Of a stretch of DNA of 64,000 nucleotides, positions 1 to 7,810 are shown piece by piece. Position numbers and translations under genes: made by a program. Where the stretch lies: NCBI GenBank assembly GCA_034414575.1, contig DAOULZ010000024.1, positions 9,150-73,149 on the forward strand. Direction: 5' to 3'. Source of the stretch: Dehalococcoidales bacterium (GTDB taxonomy: Bacteria; Chloroflexota; Dehalococcoidia; Dehalococcoidales; UBA5760). The notes below the pieces were generated by a model that was given only the letters and a program-made list of their open reading frames with translations, did not search any database and was not told the DNA's origin. Position 1 is the stretch's first letter; each line of letters opens with the position of its first letter.

Positions 1-1
1 T

Positions 2-118
2 GAAGAGGAAATCAAGGAAGCAATATCGGGAAATTTATGTCGCTGTACCGGATATACTAAAATTATTGAGGCGATCCGGGCAACGGCTCAGAAGCTTAGC
101 TCCAAAGTTATGAGGTGA
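2..118 (+). CDS. C-terminal end (partial, enters from window start) of a [2Fe-2S]-binding small subunit of a molybdenum hydroxylase (CoxS / xanthine dehydrogenase / aldehyde oxidoreductase Fe-S subunit type)
   Basis: The frame from nt 2 reads EEEIKEAISGNLCRCTGYTKIIEAIRATAQKLSSKVMR, followed by TGA at 116-118. GNLCRCTGY is the cysteine motif of the second 2Fe-2S cluster in this family. Confidence 0.7.
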   Translation, partial: EEEIKEAISGNLCRCTGYTKIIEAIRATAQKLSSKVMR

Positions 119-271
119 TGTCGCACCACGTAAACCAAATATAAAAGGGGAACAACTGACCTACTCCCATGGTGATACCACACTTTAGGTCGTTACCACT
201 GCTAATGTAACTCTAGGAGCAGTTGTACTGTATCTCAGATCGTTACGCGGCCAGAATTCCTTATAATCTTT

Positions 272-619
272 GTGCTATTGCTCAGTCAATACCTTTTCTT
301 CCTTAGGGGTGGTAAGCCTCATATAGTTCAGGGTAACCCTGACCCCAAGTCAATATCTACTAGCTTTGTTGAGAGGCAAAACCTAACAATGAGAATGAAT
401 ATGAGGCGTTTTACGAGGCTAACCAATGCATTTTCTAAGAAGATAGAGAACCTAGAATATGCGGTAGCCCTACACTTCATGTATTACAACTTTGCCAGAC
501 CGCATAAGACGCTGGCTAATCCATATCCGAGAACACCAGCTATGGCAGCGGGAGTTACTAATCGGATTTGGGCAATAGAGGATATTGTAAGGCTAGTTGG
601 AGATAGAGCAAACGTTTAG
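272..619 (+). pseudogene. C-terminal remnant of an IS-type DDE transposase (IS1/IS1595-like)
   Basis: The block GKPHIVQGNPDPKSISTSFVERQNLTMRMNMRRFTRLTNAFSKKIENLEYAVALHFMYYNFARPHKTL matches, from memory, the conserved C-terminal part of IS1-like transposases. Only about 100 aa are homologous and no N-terminal or catalytic region lies upstream. The first residues of the ORF look like read-in. Confidence 0.6.
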
Positions 620-670
620 CGCACGTTTAGGTTGCAGATCCGAGCCAATTACAATATGGTTCTTGCTCTA

Positions 671-1192
671 CTACCGAGAAGTGCCCACTTCTCGGTAGAT
701 TCTGCCTTCGATTACTACACCCACAGTTAAGCGATAAATCCCCGCACTTAATTTGGTAAAGTTGTCATCAAACAAAGAAACATCTCCATTCTGCTCCACT
801 ATTAGAAATGTCGCATGAACAGTAGCCCCCGACGCAATATTAACACTTTGCCCTAATCCATTCCCTGTATAGTCTTGAATTTTGGGTATGAACCTATATT
901 GTTTTGTGCTGTCCTCGCAATTAGTTATTAGGCAAGGACTAATTACCCCTTCGGCTGTTCGCCTGGTCACCCCTAGAATATTCAGAAATTTGCCCTTAAT
1001 TGGCATGTTTTTAATGGCATACTGCCAGAAAACAGAATCATCGATAACTCTAGGCTTTGGTTGTCCAATAGATATTTGGGGTCTACCATATTTCATCTGA
1101 AGGGCAGGGGATACGGCTAGGGCCAATGCAACCACCCTCACAATAAGAGGGACAAGCCACTGCCAGTTCGCACCCCAAAATGACATGCCCAC
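671..1192 (-). CDS. Hypothetical protein with an N-terminal TM anchor and a beta-rich extracytoplasmic domain
   Basis: 173-aa ORF with a hydrophobic N-terminus (WQWLVPLIVRVVALALAVSPAL). I recognise no motif. It lies in a low-GC stretch beside the IS remnant. Confidence 0.45.
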   Translation of the reverse strand: MGMSFWGANWQWLVPLIVRVVALALAVSPALQMKYGRPQISIGQPKPRVIDDSVFWQYAIKNMPIKGKFLNILGVTRRTAEGVISPCLITNCEDSTKQYRFIPKIQDYTGNGLGQSVNIASGATVHATFLIVEQNGDVSLFDDNFTKLSAGIYRLTVGVVIEGRIYREVGTSR

Positions 1193-1321
1193 ATTTTATA
1201 CTGAGGCTGATGCATTTTCAAACTGACCCACTACCCGTGCTTGAAATCACTTATGTACAAGGCTTTCTTGTGATATAATTTAACTTTAAGTGAGTAAATA
1301 AGAACAGGGAGAGCGAGGGAC

Positions 1322-2839
1322 ATGGAAGTCGCACGAAATATATGTGCTAAGTATCTGGAAATGTTGAAGCCTAGAAAGATAATTAATAATCCTTCTGACG
1401 AAGAACTCAGGCAGTGGGCATTTGAAAAAGGGGGGGTAATAACTGAGTTTGGCAATCTGGCAGTAACCACAAATGTGCGTAATAGAATCGCCAAGTTTAC
1501 CGAGATAGTAATGGGCGACCTCTCAGCTGAGGATGACCATCTGTGTCGTCAGGTTTTGGAATACCTAAGGAATAAAGAAATGATACAGCTGGATCGGGTA
1601 ATGTGTCGGACCCCGGGTTTCAAGCGAAATTGTCGTGTATACGTTACTGCTAATTACCCGCGGATACCACTGATGTGGGGGAATACCCTTTTTCCTCATG
1701 AAGGTGGTAAGCCCGATTTTGTCACCATTACGGTTGCCGAGTGGCCGGAGAAGAAGACCCTTGTTTTTCCTGAGGCAGGTTTTACGCTGATTCTTGGTAG
1801 CGACTACAAGGGTGAGAACAAGAAGGCAATGCTGCGTCAGGTTATGTACCAGGCCAAGAAGCAAAGTAATCTTGGGCTGCATGCCGCCAGCAAGGTCATA
1901 AGAGTGTTTCGAGAAGGTAGGCTCAAGGACTACGGGTTCCTCCTCTTTGGTCTTAGTGGTACCGGGAAGACTGCGCTCTCTTGCCATTCTCACTGGTTGC
2001 GCCCGCCAGAGCGGGTGATAATCCGCCAGGACGACGTGGTTATCCTTAAGGCCGATGGCAGCGCTGTTGGCACCGAGGAGTCCTTCTACCTTAAAACAGA
2101 TGGACTTGAACCTACTTCTCAACCGCTTCTATATGCAGCGGCGATTAGCCCTCGTGCCATACTGGAAAACGTCTGTGTCGACCCAGAAACTGGCAGAGTT
2201 GATTTCTTCGACACCACACTTACCTCCAATGGTCGGGCAATGGTCAAGAGGCGCGATATTGCGTTCACTGATGATGACATAGACTTAGAAAAGGTTGACT
2301 TCGTGATATTCATCACCAGACGCTCTGATATCTTGCCTCCTGTAGCTCGGCTTTCACCGGAGTGGGCAGCGGCTGCCTTTATGCTAGGAGAGTCAGTGGA
2401 AACGTCGGCCGGTGACCCAACTCAGGCGGGTAAGGCATTAAGGGTTGTGGGTACAAATCCCTTCATCGTCGGCTCGGAGGAGGCAGAAGGCAATACCTTT
2501 CTTAATATCCTGAGAAATAACCCCGATATCCAGTGTTTTCTTTTGAACACGGGTAAGGTTGGTGGAGCCGATAGAGGGCAAAAGATAACGGTAAAGGACT
2601 CGGTAAAGATAATAGAAATGATAACCCGTGATAGCATCGTGTGGCAGAAGGATGATTGCTGGGGATATGAAGTGCCGGTTCAAATCCCGGGAATTGACTT
2701 GAGTCGATTCAAGCTGGACCGCTACTACGCCGAGGAACAAATACAGGAGATGTCCAAGGATCTGAAACAGGAAAGGCTGGAGTGGCTCTCTCAGTTTAAG
2801 CGGCTGGATAAGGATATCTTTAATACTATTATGCCTTAG
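1322..2839 (+). CDS. pckA: Phosphoenolpyruvate carboxykinase (ATP-dependent type)
   Basis: 505 aa. The kinase-1a P-loop FGLSGTGKTALS, the SNGRAMV block and the overall length fit ATP-PEPCK. Confidence 0.75.
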   Translation: MEVARNICAKYLEMLKPRKIINNPSDEELRQWAFEKGGVITEFGNLAVTTNVRNRIAKFTEIVMGDLSAEDDHLCRQVLEYLRNKEMIQLDRVMCRTPGFKRNCRVYVTANYPRIPLMWGNTLFPHEGGKPDFVTITVAEWPEKKTLVFPEAGFTLILGSDYKGENKKAMLRQVMYQAKKQSNLGLHAASKVIRVFREGRLKDYGFLLFGLSGTGKTALSCHSHWLRPPERVIIRQDDVVILKADGSAVGTEESFYLKTDGLEPTSQPLLYAAAISPRAILENVCVDPETGRVDFFDTTLTSNGRAMVKRRDIAFTDDDIDLEKVDFVIFITRRSDILPPVARLSPEWAAAAFMLGESVETSAGDPTQAGKALRVVGTNPFIVGSEEAEGNTFLNILRNNPDIQCFLLNTGKVGGADRGQKITVKDSVKIIEMITRDSIVWQKDDCWGYEVPVQIPGIDLSRFKLDRYYAEEQIQEMSKDLKQERLEWLSQFKRLDKDIFNTIMP

Positions 2840-3152
2840 AAATCACGATAGGGCTGGATATTTGCTGTGCCGTGCTTTCTATTATCGAAATAAATTAGAA
2901 TCGTAACTTACGCCTTAACCCTATATCCGTCGAATCCAACCCCCGGTTACTTGTTACCAACCAGGCAAGCCAGTTTTGCCGCCGGAGTCGGAGACGCTGA
3001 CGAGAGCTGGCCATATCTGGGAGATTTGGAAATCAGACCTGGCATTCTGAGAATGTAAATGTCCTGATCTCGAAATTGAACCTCTGGTACCTTGCCTTGA
3101 TTGGCATAGAACTTAGTTTGAGTATATCCCTATAATGGTTCGGGTAAGCCGG

Positions 3153-3181
3153 TTAATATTCGGTGGGAAAGCTGCTATAAT
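3153..3181 (+). promoter_or_regulatory. Possible sigma70-type promoter for the regulator gene
   Basis: TTAATA (3153-3158), 17-nt spacer, TATAAT (3176-3181), about 30 nt upstream of the ORF start. Confidence 0.3.
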
Positions 3182-3207
3182 AAACTAGGCTAGGATTACC
3201 CTGAGCC

Positions 3208-4005
3208 GTGTTTTATTGGGTTATGGTTGAGATACTGCGGAATAAAAGCTTGGCGACCAGATTTCAGGTGCTGGTGGCGGTAGCTGAGAGCGGGCCTAGT
3301 GTCCAGCAGCAGGAAATTGCTAAAAAGCTAGCTATCACCCCGCAGGCGATTTCGGATTACGTTGCCCAATTGGTAAAGGATGGGCTATTGACTGCAGACG
3401 GTCGTTCTCATTATAAGGTAACAGACGAGGGTGTGAACTGGATAGTTAGAATGCTGAGGGAGTTGAGAAGCTACACCAGTTCCGTGGAGAGGATTATCAC
3501 CAATATTTCGGTTTGTACCGCCATAGCCGAATGCGCATTGTCTAAAGGCGAGACTGTAGGTCTGAAGATGAAAGGCGGCCTGCTTTACGCCACTTCTAAG
3601 GTCACTAGTGGTGCCAGAGGAATAACTACATCTGATGCCCGCCCCGGTGAAGATGTAGGGGTAACCAGCATAGAGGGTATCGTAAAATTTAAACTCGGTG
3701 GGGTAACTATCCTTAGTGTGCCCGGTGTTGGCAAGGGAGGGTCCCGGAGCGTTGACCTTGCCAGACTGCGTCAGGAAGTGAAGGGCAAGTCTTTCGTTGG
3801 TGCTATAGGAATTGAGGCGCTGGTTACTTTAAGGCAGCTAAAAGTCGATTTCCATAGTTACGGTGTTCGGGAAGCCGCGATTGAAGCGGCTCACTGCGGT
3901 CTTCAGCCGGTAGTGGCCTGCACCGAAGGTGAAATCTCCGGCCTTATCAAAAGACTGGAGGAAGCGGATATCAGCTACCGGATAGCTGATATGGCAAGAA
4001 AATGA
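3208..4005 (+). CDS. Winged-helix DNA-binding protein with an uncharacterised ~190-aa C-terminal domain
   Basis: The N-terminal 70 aa (RFQVLVAVAESGPSVQQQEIAKKLAITPQAISDYVAQLVKDGLL) form a MarR/ArsR/Lrp-like wHTH. I do not recognise the remainder. The real start may be the ATG at 3223 (MVEILRNK...). Confidence 0.55.
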   Translation: MFYWVMVEILRNKSLATRFQVLVAVAESGPSVQQQEIAKKLAITPQAISDYVAQLVKDGLLTADGRSHYKVTDEGVNWIVRMLRELRSYTSSVERIITNISVCTAIAECALSKGETVGLKMKGGLLYATSKVTSGARGITTSDARPGEDVGVTSIEGIVKFKLGGVTILSVPGVGKGGSRSVDLARLRQEVKGKSFVGAIGIEALVTLRQLKVDFHSYGVREAAIEAAHCGLQPVVACTEGEISGLIKRLEEADISYRIADMARK

Positions 4006-4081
4006 GAGCTATTAGGCTATTTTAGCCCATCCTTATAGTTCGTAATTGCCTTTATTCTGACAACACAAGCTCTGTTCAGTA

Positions 4082-4111
4082 TTGACACAGATATTTTACC
4101 TCCGATATAAT
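4082..4111 (+). promoter_or_regulatory. Near-consensus sigma70-type promoter of the exported-protein/ECF operon
   Basis: TTGACA (4082-4087), 18-nt spacer, TATAAT (4106-4111). GGAGG at 4150-4154 precedes the GTG start at 4167. Confidence 0.6.
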
Positions 4112-4166
4112 CAAGTACAGTTGTTTATACGCTAGTAAAATTGATTAATGGAGGTACGTTTTAACT

Positions 4167-6164
4167 GTGAAGAGACGAAGGATTATAGCGTGTATTGTTA
4201 CCTTAGTAGTTGCCCTAACCGTGACTTCGGCATCGTTATTTATCGCTCCGGTTATGGCAGCGGACTCCTACCCCTTACAGACTATAGATCCAGAGGTAGC
4301 CAACGCTCTGGACTATCTCAGTGGCGAACAGGCCAGCGATGGCTCAATCGGTAGCTTTGTTGATTCAGCCTGGATAGCCATGGCGATTGCTGCGGCTGAT
4401 GATGACCCGCATGACTGGCAGGTGGGCGGAAACTCTATCGTTGATTACCTTGCCGCTAATGCCGGTAGTGCTGATTCTTCAACTGACTATTCGCGGATGA
4501 TACTGGCCATTGTCGCTTCCGGTGAGGATCCGACCAATTTCGGTAGCCGGGATTTCGTTTCTCTGCTGGAAGGAACCTATGATGACGCTAGTCAGCAGAT
4601 TGGTGAGGAGGCGTCTCTCAACGATGATATCTTTGGTGTCATGGCGCTAATCGCTGCGGGACGGAGTCAGAGTTATCAGATTATCACCGATGCGGTAGAT
4701 TTTATTATAGATAACCAGAATGGGGATGGTGGCTGGGCCTATTCGGTGGGGTTCGCCAGTGATGCTGACATGACTGGTGCGGCCGTGATGGCCTTAATTT
4801 CTGCCGGGGAGACAGTCGGCGCACCGATAGCTAGCGCCCTAGCCTATATTAAATCAACGCAGCAGGCTAACGGTGGTTTTTTGTCTTCTTGGGGTTCGAC
4901 TAATGCCGAGACTGATTCCTGGGCAATAAGTGCTATAGTGGCTTATGGGGAAGACCCCAACGGTACCGGCTGGACTTCCACCGGGGATAATACTCCGGTT
5001 GATGACCTCCTCACTTACCAGCAAGCGGGCGGTGAGTTCTATTACCAGGACGGTGTCCCCGGAGGCTGGCCGTCTCAGACAACGGCCAAAGCCATAATTG
5101 CCCTGCTGGGTGAGTTCTATCCGGTAGTAGCTATGGAGCCGACTGACGAAGAGGGAGTTACCGTTGACGTCAGGATCGAAGGGCAGAGTAGCACCATCTG
5201 GGATGGCAGCGTTACCGTTACGGAATCGACAGTTACGGCGGCCGATAGCGGCATCCCCTACTATTCTGAAGACCCGACGGCACTCGGAGCCCTGGACGAG
5301 GCATCTCAGGCTGGTGGTTTCGCCTATGAAGTGATTGACGAGTATGGGGAGGCGTTTGAGAGTTTGTATATAACTTCAATCGGGGGGGAGGCAGGCTCGA
5401 TGACCAGCGCCTGGCTCTATCGGGTGGACTATGTGAGTGTCATGGTGGGAGCCGGAGGTTTTACCCTTGGTGAGACAACGCCTCCTACTCCGCCGCACCG
5501 GGAAGTCCTGTTCTATTACATCACCGATAGTAACTGGGGGGCTCTGCCGCTCAAGGTCGAGGTTGACAATGACGAACCCGCGGTGGGCGAGCAATTTACC
5601 GTTACCGTAAGTGAGTTTAGCGATACTACCAATGACTGGTCGCCCTGTGAGGGGGCTACCGTCCACGCCGACACTAACTATACTACCGGGGCCCTGGGTA
5701 CGGTAGATATCACCGTGGACACGGATGCTACCCTTGAGATATATGCGGAGAAGGATAGCTTTATTCGCAGCAACCGGGTTGCCGTCACCGTGGGCACCGG
5801 TTCCGGAGTTAACGGAGAGGTAGGCTTGACCACCACCGTCATCCCGGCGATAGCCATTACGGTTGAGCCGGCTAGCTTGGATTTCGGTGAGTTGGGCCCC
5901 CGGGATACCAGTGCTCCTCAGGTAATAACCATAACCAATGTCGGGGCGTGGGATGTAGAGGTAACCTGTGAGGTAGCTGGGGTGGTGGGTGACCTCTATT
6001 TCGATGGGCTCAGGCTTAATGACGAGCTTTGGGACCTGTTTAGTGAAATAATTAACCGGGGTAATGATATGGATTGTTCCGCCACGCTCACCGTTCCGGA
6101 AAGCTATACCGGGGTAGGTGAGCAGAGCGGCACCGCCATCTTCTGGGCAGCGGAAGCCCCGTAG
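4167..6164 (+). CDS. Secreted multidomain protein: signal peptide, alpha/alpha-toroid (prenyltransferase/terpenoid-cyclase-like) repeats, DUF4430 (transcobalamin beta-domain-like) and two Ig-like domains
   Basis: Signal peptide MKRRRIIACIVTLVVALTVTSASLFIAPVMA/AD. Repeats of the QNGDGGWAY / QQANGGFLS / YQQAGGEFYY type span aa 41-320. Aa 330-452 (VTVDVRIEG...TALGALDEA...ITSIGG...SAWLYRVDYV...GAGGFTL...VLFYY) fit the DUF4430 pattern. Aa 556-665 are Ig-like (ITVEPASLDFGEL...VITITNVGAWDVEV). Confidence 0.65.
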   Translation: MKRRRIIACIVTLVVALTVTSASLFIAPVMAADSYPLQTIDPEVANALDYLSGEQASDGSIGSFVDSAWIAMAIAAADDDPHDWQVGGNSIVDYLAANAGSADSSTDYSRMILAIVASGEDPTNFGSRDFVSLLEGTYDDASQQIGEEASLNDDIFGVMALIAAGRSQSYQIITDAVDFIIDNQNGDGGWAYSVGFASDADMTGAAVMALISAGETVGAPIASALAYIKSTQQANGGFLSSWGSTNAETDSWAISAIVAYGEDPNGTGWTSTGDNTPVDDLLTYQQAGGEFYYQDGVPGGWPSQTTAKAIIALLGEFYPVVAMEPTDEEGVTVDVRIEGQSSTIWDGSVTVTESTVTAADSGIPYYSEDPTALGALDEASQAGGFAYEVIDEYGEAFESLYITSIGGEAGSMTSAWLYRVDYVSVMVGAGGFTLGETTPPTPPHREVLFYYITDSNWGALPLKVEVDNDEPAVGEQFTVTVSEFSDTTNDWSPCEGATVHADTNYTTGALGTVDITVDTDATLEIYAEKDSFIRSNRVAVTVGTGSGVNGEVGLTTTVIPAIAITVEPASLDFGELGPRDTSAPQVITITNVGAWDVEVTCEVAGVVGDLYFDGLRLNDELWDLFSEIINRGNDMDCSATLTVPESYTGVGEQSGTAIFWAAEAP

Positions 6165-6213
6165 TGGCAGAGATGCGGCTGTCGGCGGAGGATAACTGCC
6201 TTCCCCGTGACGT

Positions 6214-6777
6214 TTGGGAGAGGAAACAGGTTTGTTGACTAGGAAGTTAAGGGTATTACTACCGCTTACCCTGCTGCTGGGGCTGTTACTGTTCCCCAGG
6301 GGAGTATTGGCTTCGGGAATAGGAGTCACGCCCGGTAGTCTCAGTCTAGAGGCTTACCCGCTGATGAAGACTTCCGGACCGATAGAGGTCCTTAATACCT
6401 CTGAGGAGCGGGCGTTATACCAGGTGTATGCCGAGGGTGAAGTTGGGGAATGGTGCAGTATTTCCCCAGAGGAATTCGTCCTGGAGGCTGGTGGCAGCCA
6501 GATAGTGGAAGTAACGGTAACGCCGCCACTGGGGACGCGCGGCGATTATGAGGCGACGATATGTGCCGTCTCTCTGATGTCGGCATCGGAGCTGAAGGTC
6601 GGCTGCGGGGTTAAAATACCACTCCAGGTTTCGGTAGGCTTGGCACCTCCAGCCGGAAGGGTAGCCGAATTTATGGCGGGGTCGCCGCTGGTGTGGTTAA
6701 TTATTGCGGTAGTTCTGGCAATCGCTATTCCTATTACCCTCGCTGTTCGCAGGAGAAGGAGGCGCCGTGAGATTTAG
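6214..6777 (+). CDS. Exported Ig-like-fold protein with a C-terminal TM anchor and poly-Arg stop-transfer tail
   Basis: Signal-like N-terminus (LRVLLPLTLLLGLLLFPRGVLA), a beta-sandwich-like core (GIGVTPGSLSLEA...IEVLNTSEE...VEVTVTPP) and a C-terminal TM segment followed by RRRRRRRE. The 3' end overlaps the next gene by 11 nt. Confidence 0.5.
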   Translation: MGEETGLLTRKLRVLLPLTLLLGLLLFPRGVLASGIGVTPGSLSLEAYPLMKTSGPIEVLNTSEERALYQVYAEGEVGEWCSISPEEFVLEAGGSQIVEVTVTPPLGTRGDYEATICAVSLMSASELKVGCGVKIPLQVSVGLAPPAGRVAEFMAGSPLVWLIIAVVLAIAIPITLAVRRRRRRREI

Positions 6778-7810
6778 GCGGGTTATCAGCCTGTTTGCCA
6801 TAACCCTGCTGGTAGCCCTGCTCTGTAGCTGTGCTGGCGGCGTATCGGGAGGGTGGGAAGGTGATGTCGCCTCCCCCGACGATGGTGGCCCTGGCCCGGC
6901 TGAGAGCCCCCCCGCCCAGGAGGAAGCCGGCAGTCCGGCTGACTTGGGCCCCTCAACCAGAATCATAGTTACCCGTGGTTTCAGTGGGCCGGCCATTTTG
7001 ACGGAGACCGTGGCCATTGTCGAGGACACTACGGCGCTGGAAGCTCTGAAGATGGTGGCCAGTGTCGAGACTAAGTACGGGGGTGGCTTTGTCAGCTCGA
7101 TAGAGGGTATCAGCTCTGAGTATGAGGGGGAGGAAAAGGCGAAGGAGGACTGGTTTTTCTATATAAACGGCATTTCGCTCAGCACCGGCGCCGGTGGCTA
7201 TATCCTCCAGGATGGGGATAGCCAGCACTGGGACTATCACGACTGGAGCTTCCGCCAGTTTATTCCGGCCATAATCGGCGACTTTCCGGAGCCGTTTGTT
7301 CATGGTGTCAGGGGGGTGGTTTATCCTACCATCGTTGCCTATCAGAATGGCTGGCAGGAGGCGGCGGTACTGATAGCTGATAGACTGGAGGGGGTGGGTG
7401 TCCAGAATGTTAGCTGCCGGAATTTTGAGGAGCTTACGGCGGTGGATAAGGAGGCTAGCAATCTGATCTTGGTGGGCACCAGTGACTTTGCCCCGGTCGG
7501 GGAACTTAACGAGCCCTGGAGCCGCCTCGGCTTCTACTGTCACTTCGAAGAGGGGGGGCTTGCAGTCTTCGACGCGGCGGGTGAGCTGGTTAGTGAATAC
7601 AGTGAGGGTACCGGAATCATTCAGGCGACCCAGAGTATATGGAACCCGAAGGGGGTCGGGGCCGGCGAGAATGTGGTCTGGCTGGTCTCCGGATTAGATG
7701 AGCCCGGGGTGAGGGCTGCCGTGGACGTCCTGGTTAATCACCCCGATGATTATAAGTACGGCTGTGCCGTAGTAATTACTGAAGGAGAGACACTGAAGGT
7801 GCCCCGGTAG
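6767..7810 (+). CDS. Probable lipoprotein with an N-terminal DUF4430 (transcobalamin-like) domain and an unknown ~190-aa C-terminal domain
   Basis: Signal/lipobox-like ITLLVALLCSCAGG and a Pro/Gly/Glu-rich linker. Aa 64-160 (IIVTRGFSG...TTALEALK...YGGGFVSSIEGI...EDWFFYINGISLSTGAGGYILQDGDSQHWDY) are a textbook DUF4430 pattern. Confidence 0.6.
   Translation: MRFRRVISLFAITLLVALLCSCAGGVSGGWEGDVASPDDGGPGPAESPPAQEEAGSPADLGPSTRIIVTRGFSGPAILTETVAIVEDTTALEALKMVASVETKYGGGFVSSIEGISSEYEGEEKAKEDWFFYINGISLSTGAGGYILQDGDSQHWDYHDWSFRQFIPAIIGDFPEPFVHGVRGVVYPTIVAYQNGWQEAAVLIADRLEGVGVQNVSCRNFEELTAVDKEASNLILVGTSDFAPVGELNEPWSRLGFYCHFEEGGLAVFDAAGELVSEYSEGTGIIQATQSIWNPKGVGAGENVVWLVSGLDEPGVRAAVDVLVNHPDDYKYGCAVVITEGETLKVPR

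Noticed and set aside
2997-3004. CTGACGAG, reminiscent of the hammerhead ribozyme CUGAUGAG core, in the 368-nt intergenic region.
   Set aside because: It is not an exact core match. There is no companion GAAA or cleavage-site helix arrangement nearby, so it is most likely chance.
3023-3089. Two imperfect ~22-nt direct repeats (GATTTGGAAATCAGACCTGGCA and GATCTCGAAATTGAACCTCTGGTA) about 43 nt apart, upstream of the regulator gene.
   Set aside because: Only about 70% identical in my hand alignment, with an indel. This is too weak to call an operator or repeat element without comparative data.
2840-4166. Search for a cobalamin riboswitch upstream of the putative corrinoid-uptake operon and its regulator.
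   Set aside because: I saw no B12-box-like element (GCCACUG-type core) or conserved GGUG...AA..CC pattern on either strand. The operon leader is only about 55 nt. This visual scan is not a substitute for a covariance-model search.
4148-4354. Alternative 68-aa ORF starting at ATG 4148 and overlapping the start of the 665-aa gene.
   Set aside because: It is out of frame with the signal peptide-bearing ORF, has no motifs, and is terminated early. The GTG at 4167 gives a canonical signal peptide.
5376-6329. 317-aa minus-strand ORF, together with similar long antisense ORFs at 6953-7543, 10438-11013, 1565-2122, 17231-18016, 45251-45763, 57457-58140, 62779-63333 and 63521-63901.
   Set aside because: Each lies entirely antisense to a gene with strong family motifs. 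Their translations are Pro/Gly/Arg-rich low-complexity sequence typical of the shadow frames of GC-rich genes, and none contains a recognisable motif.
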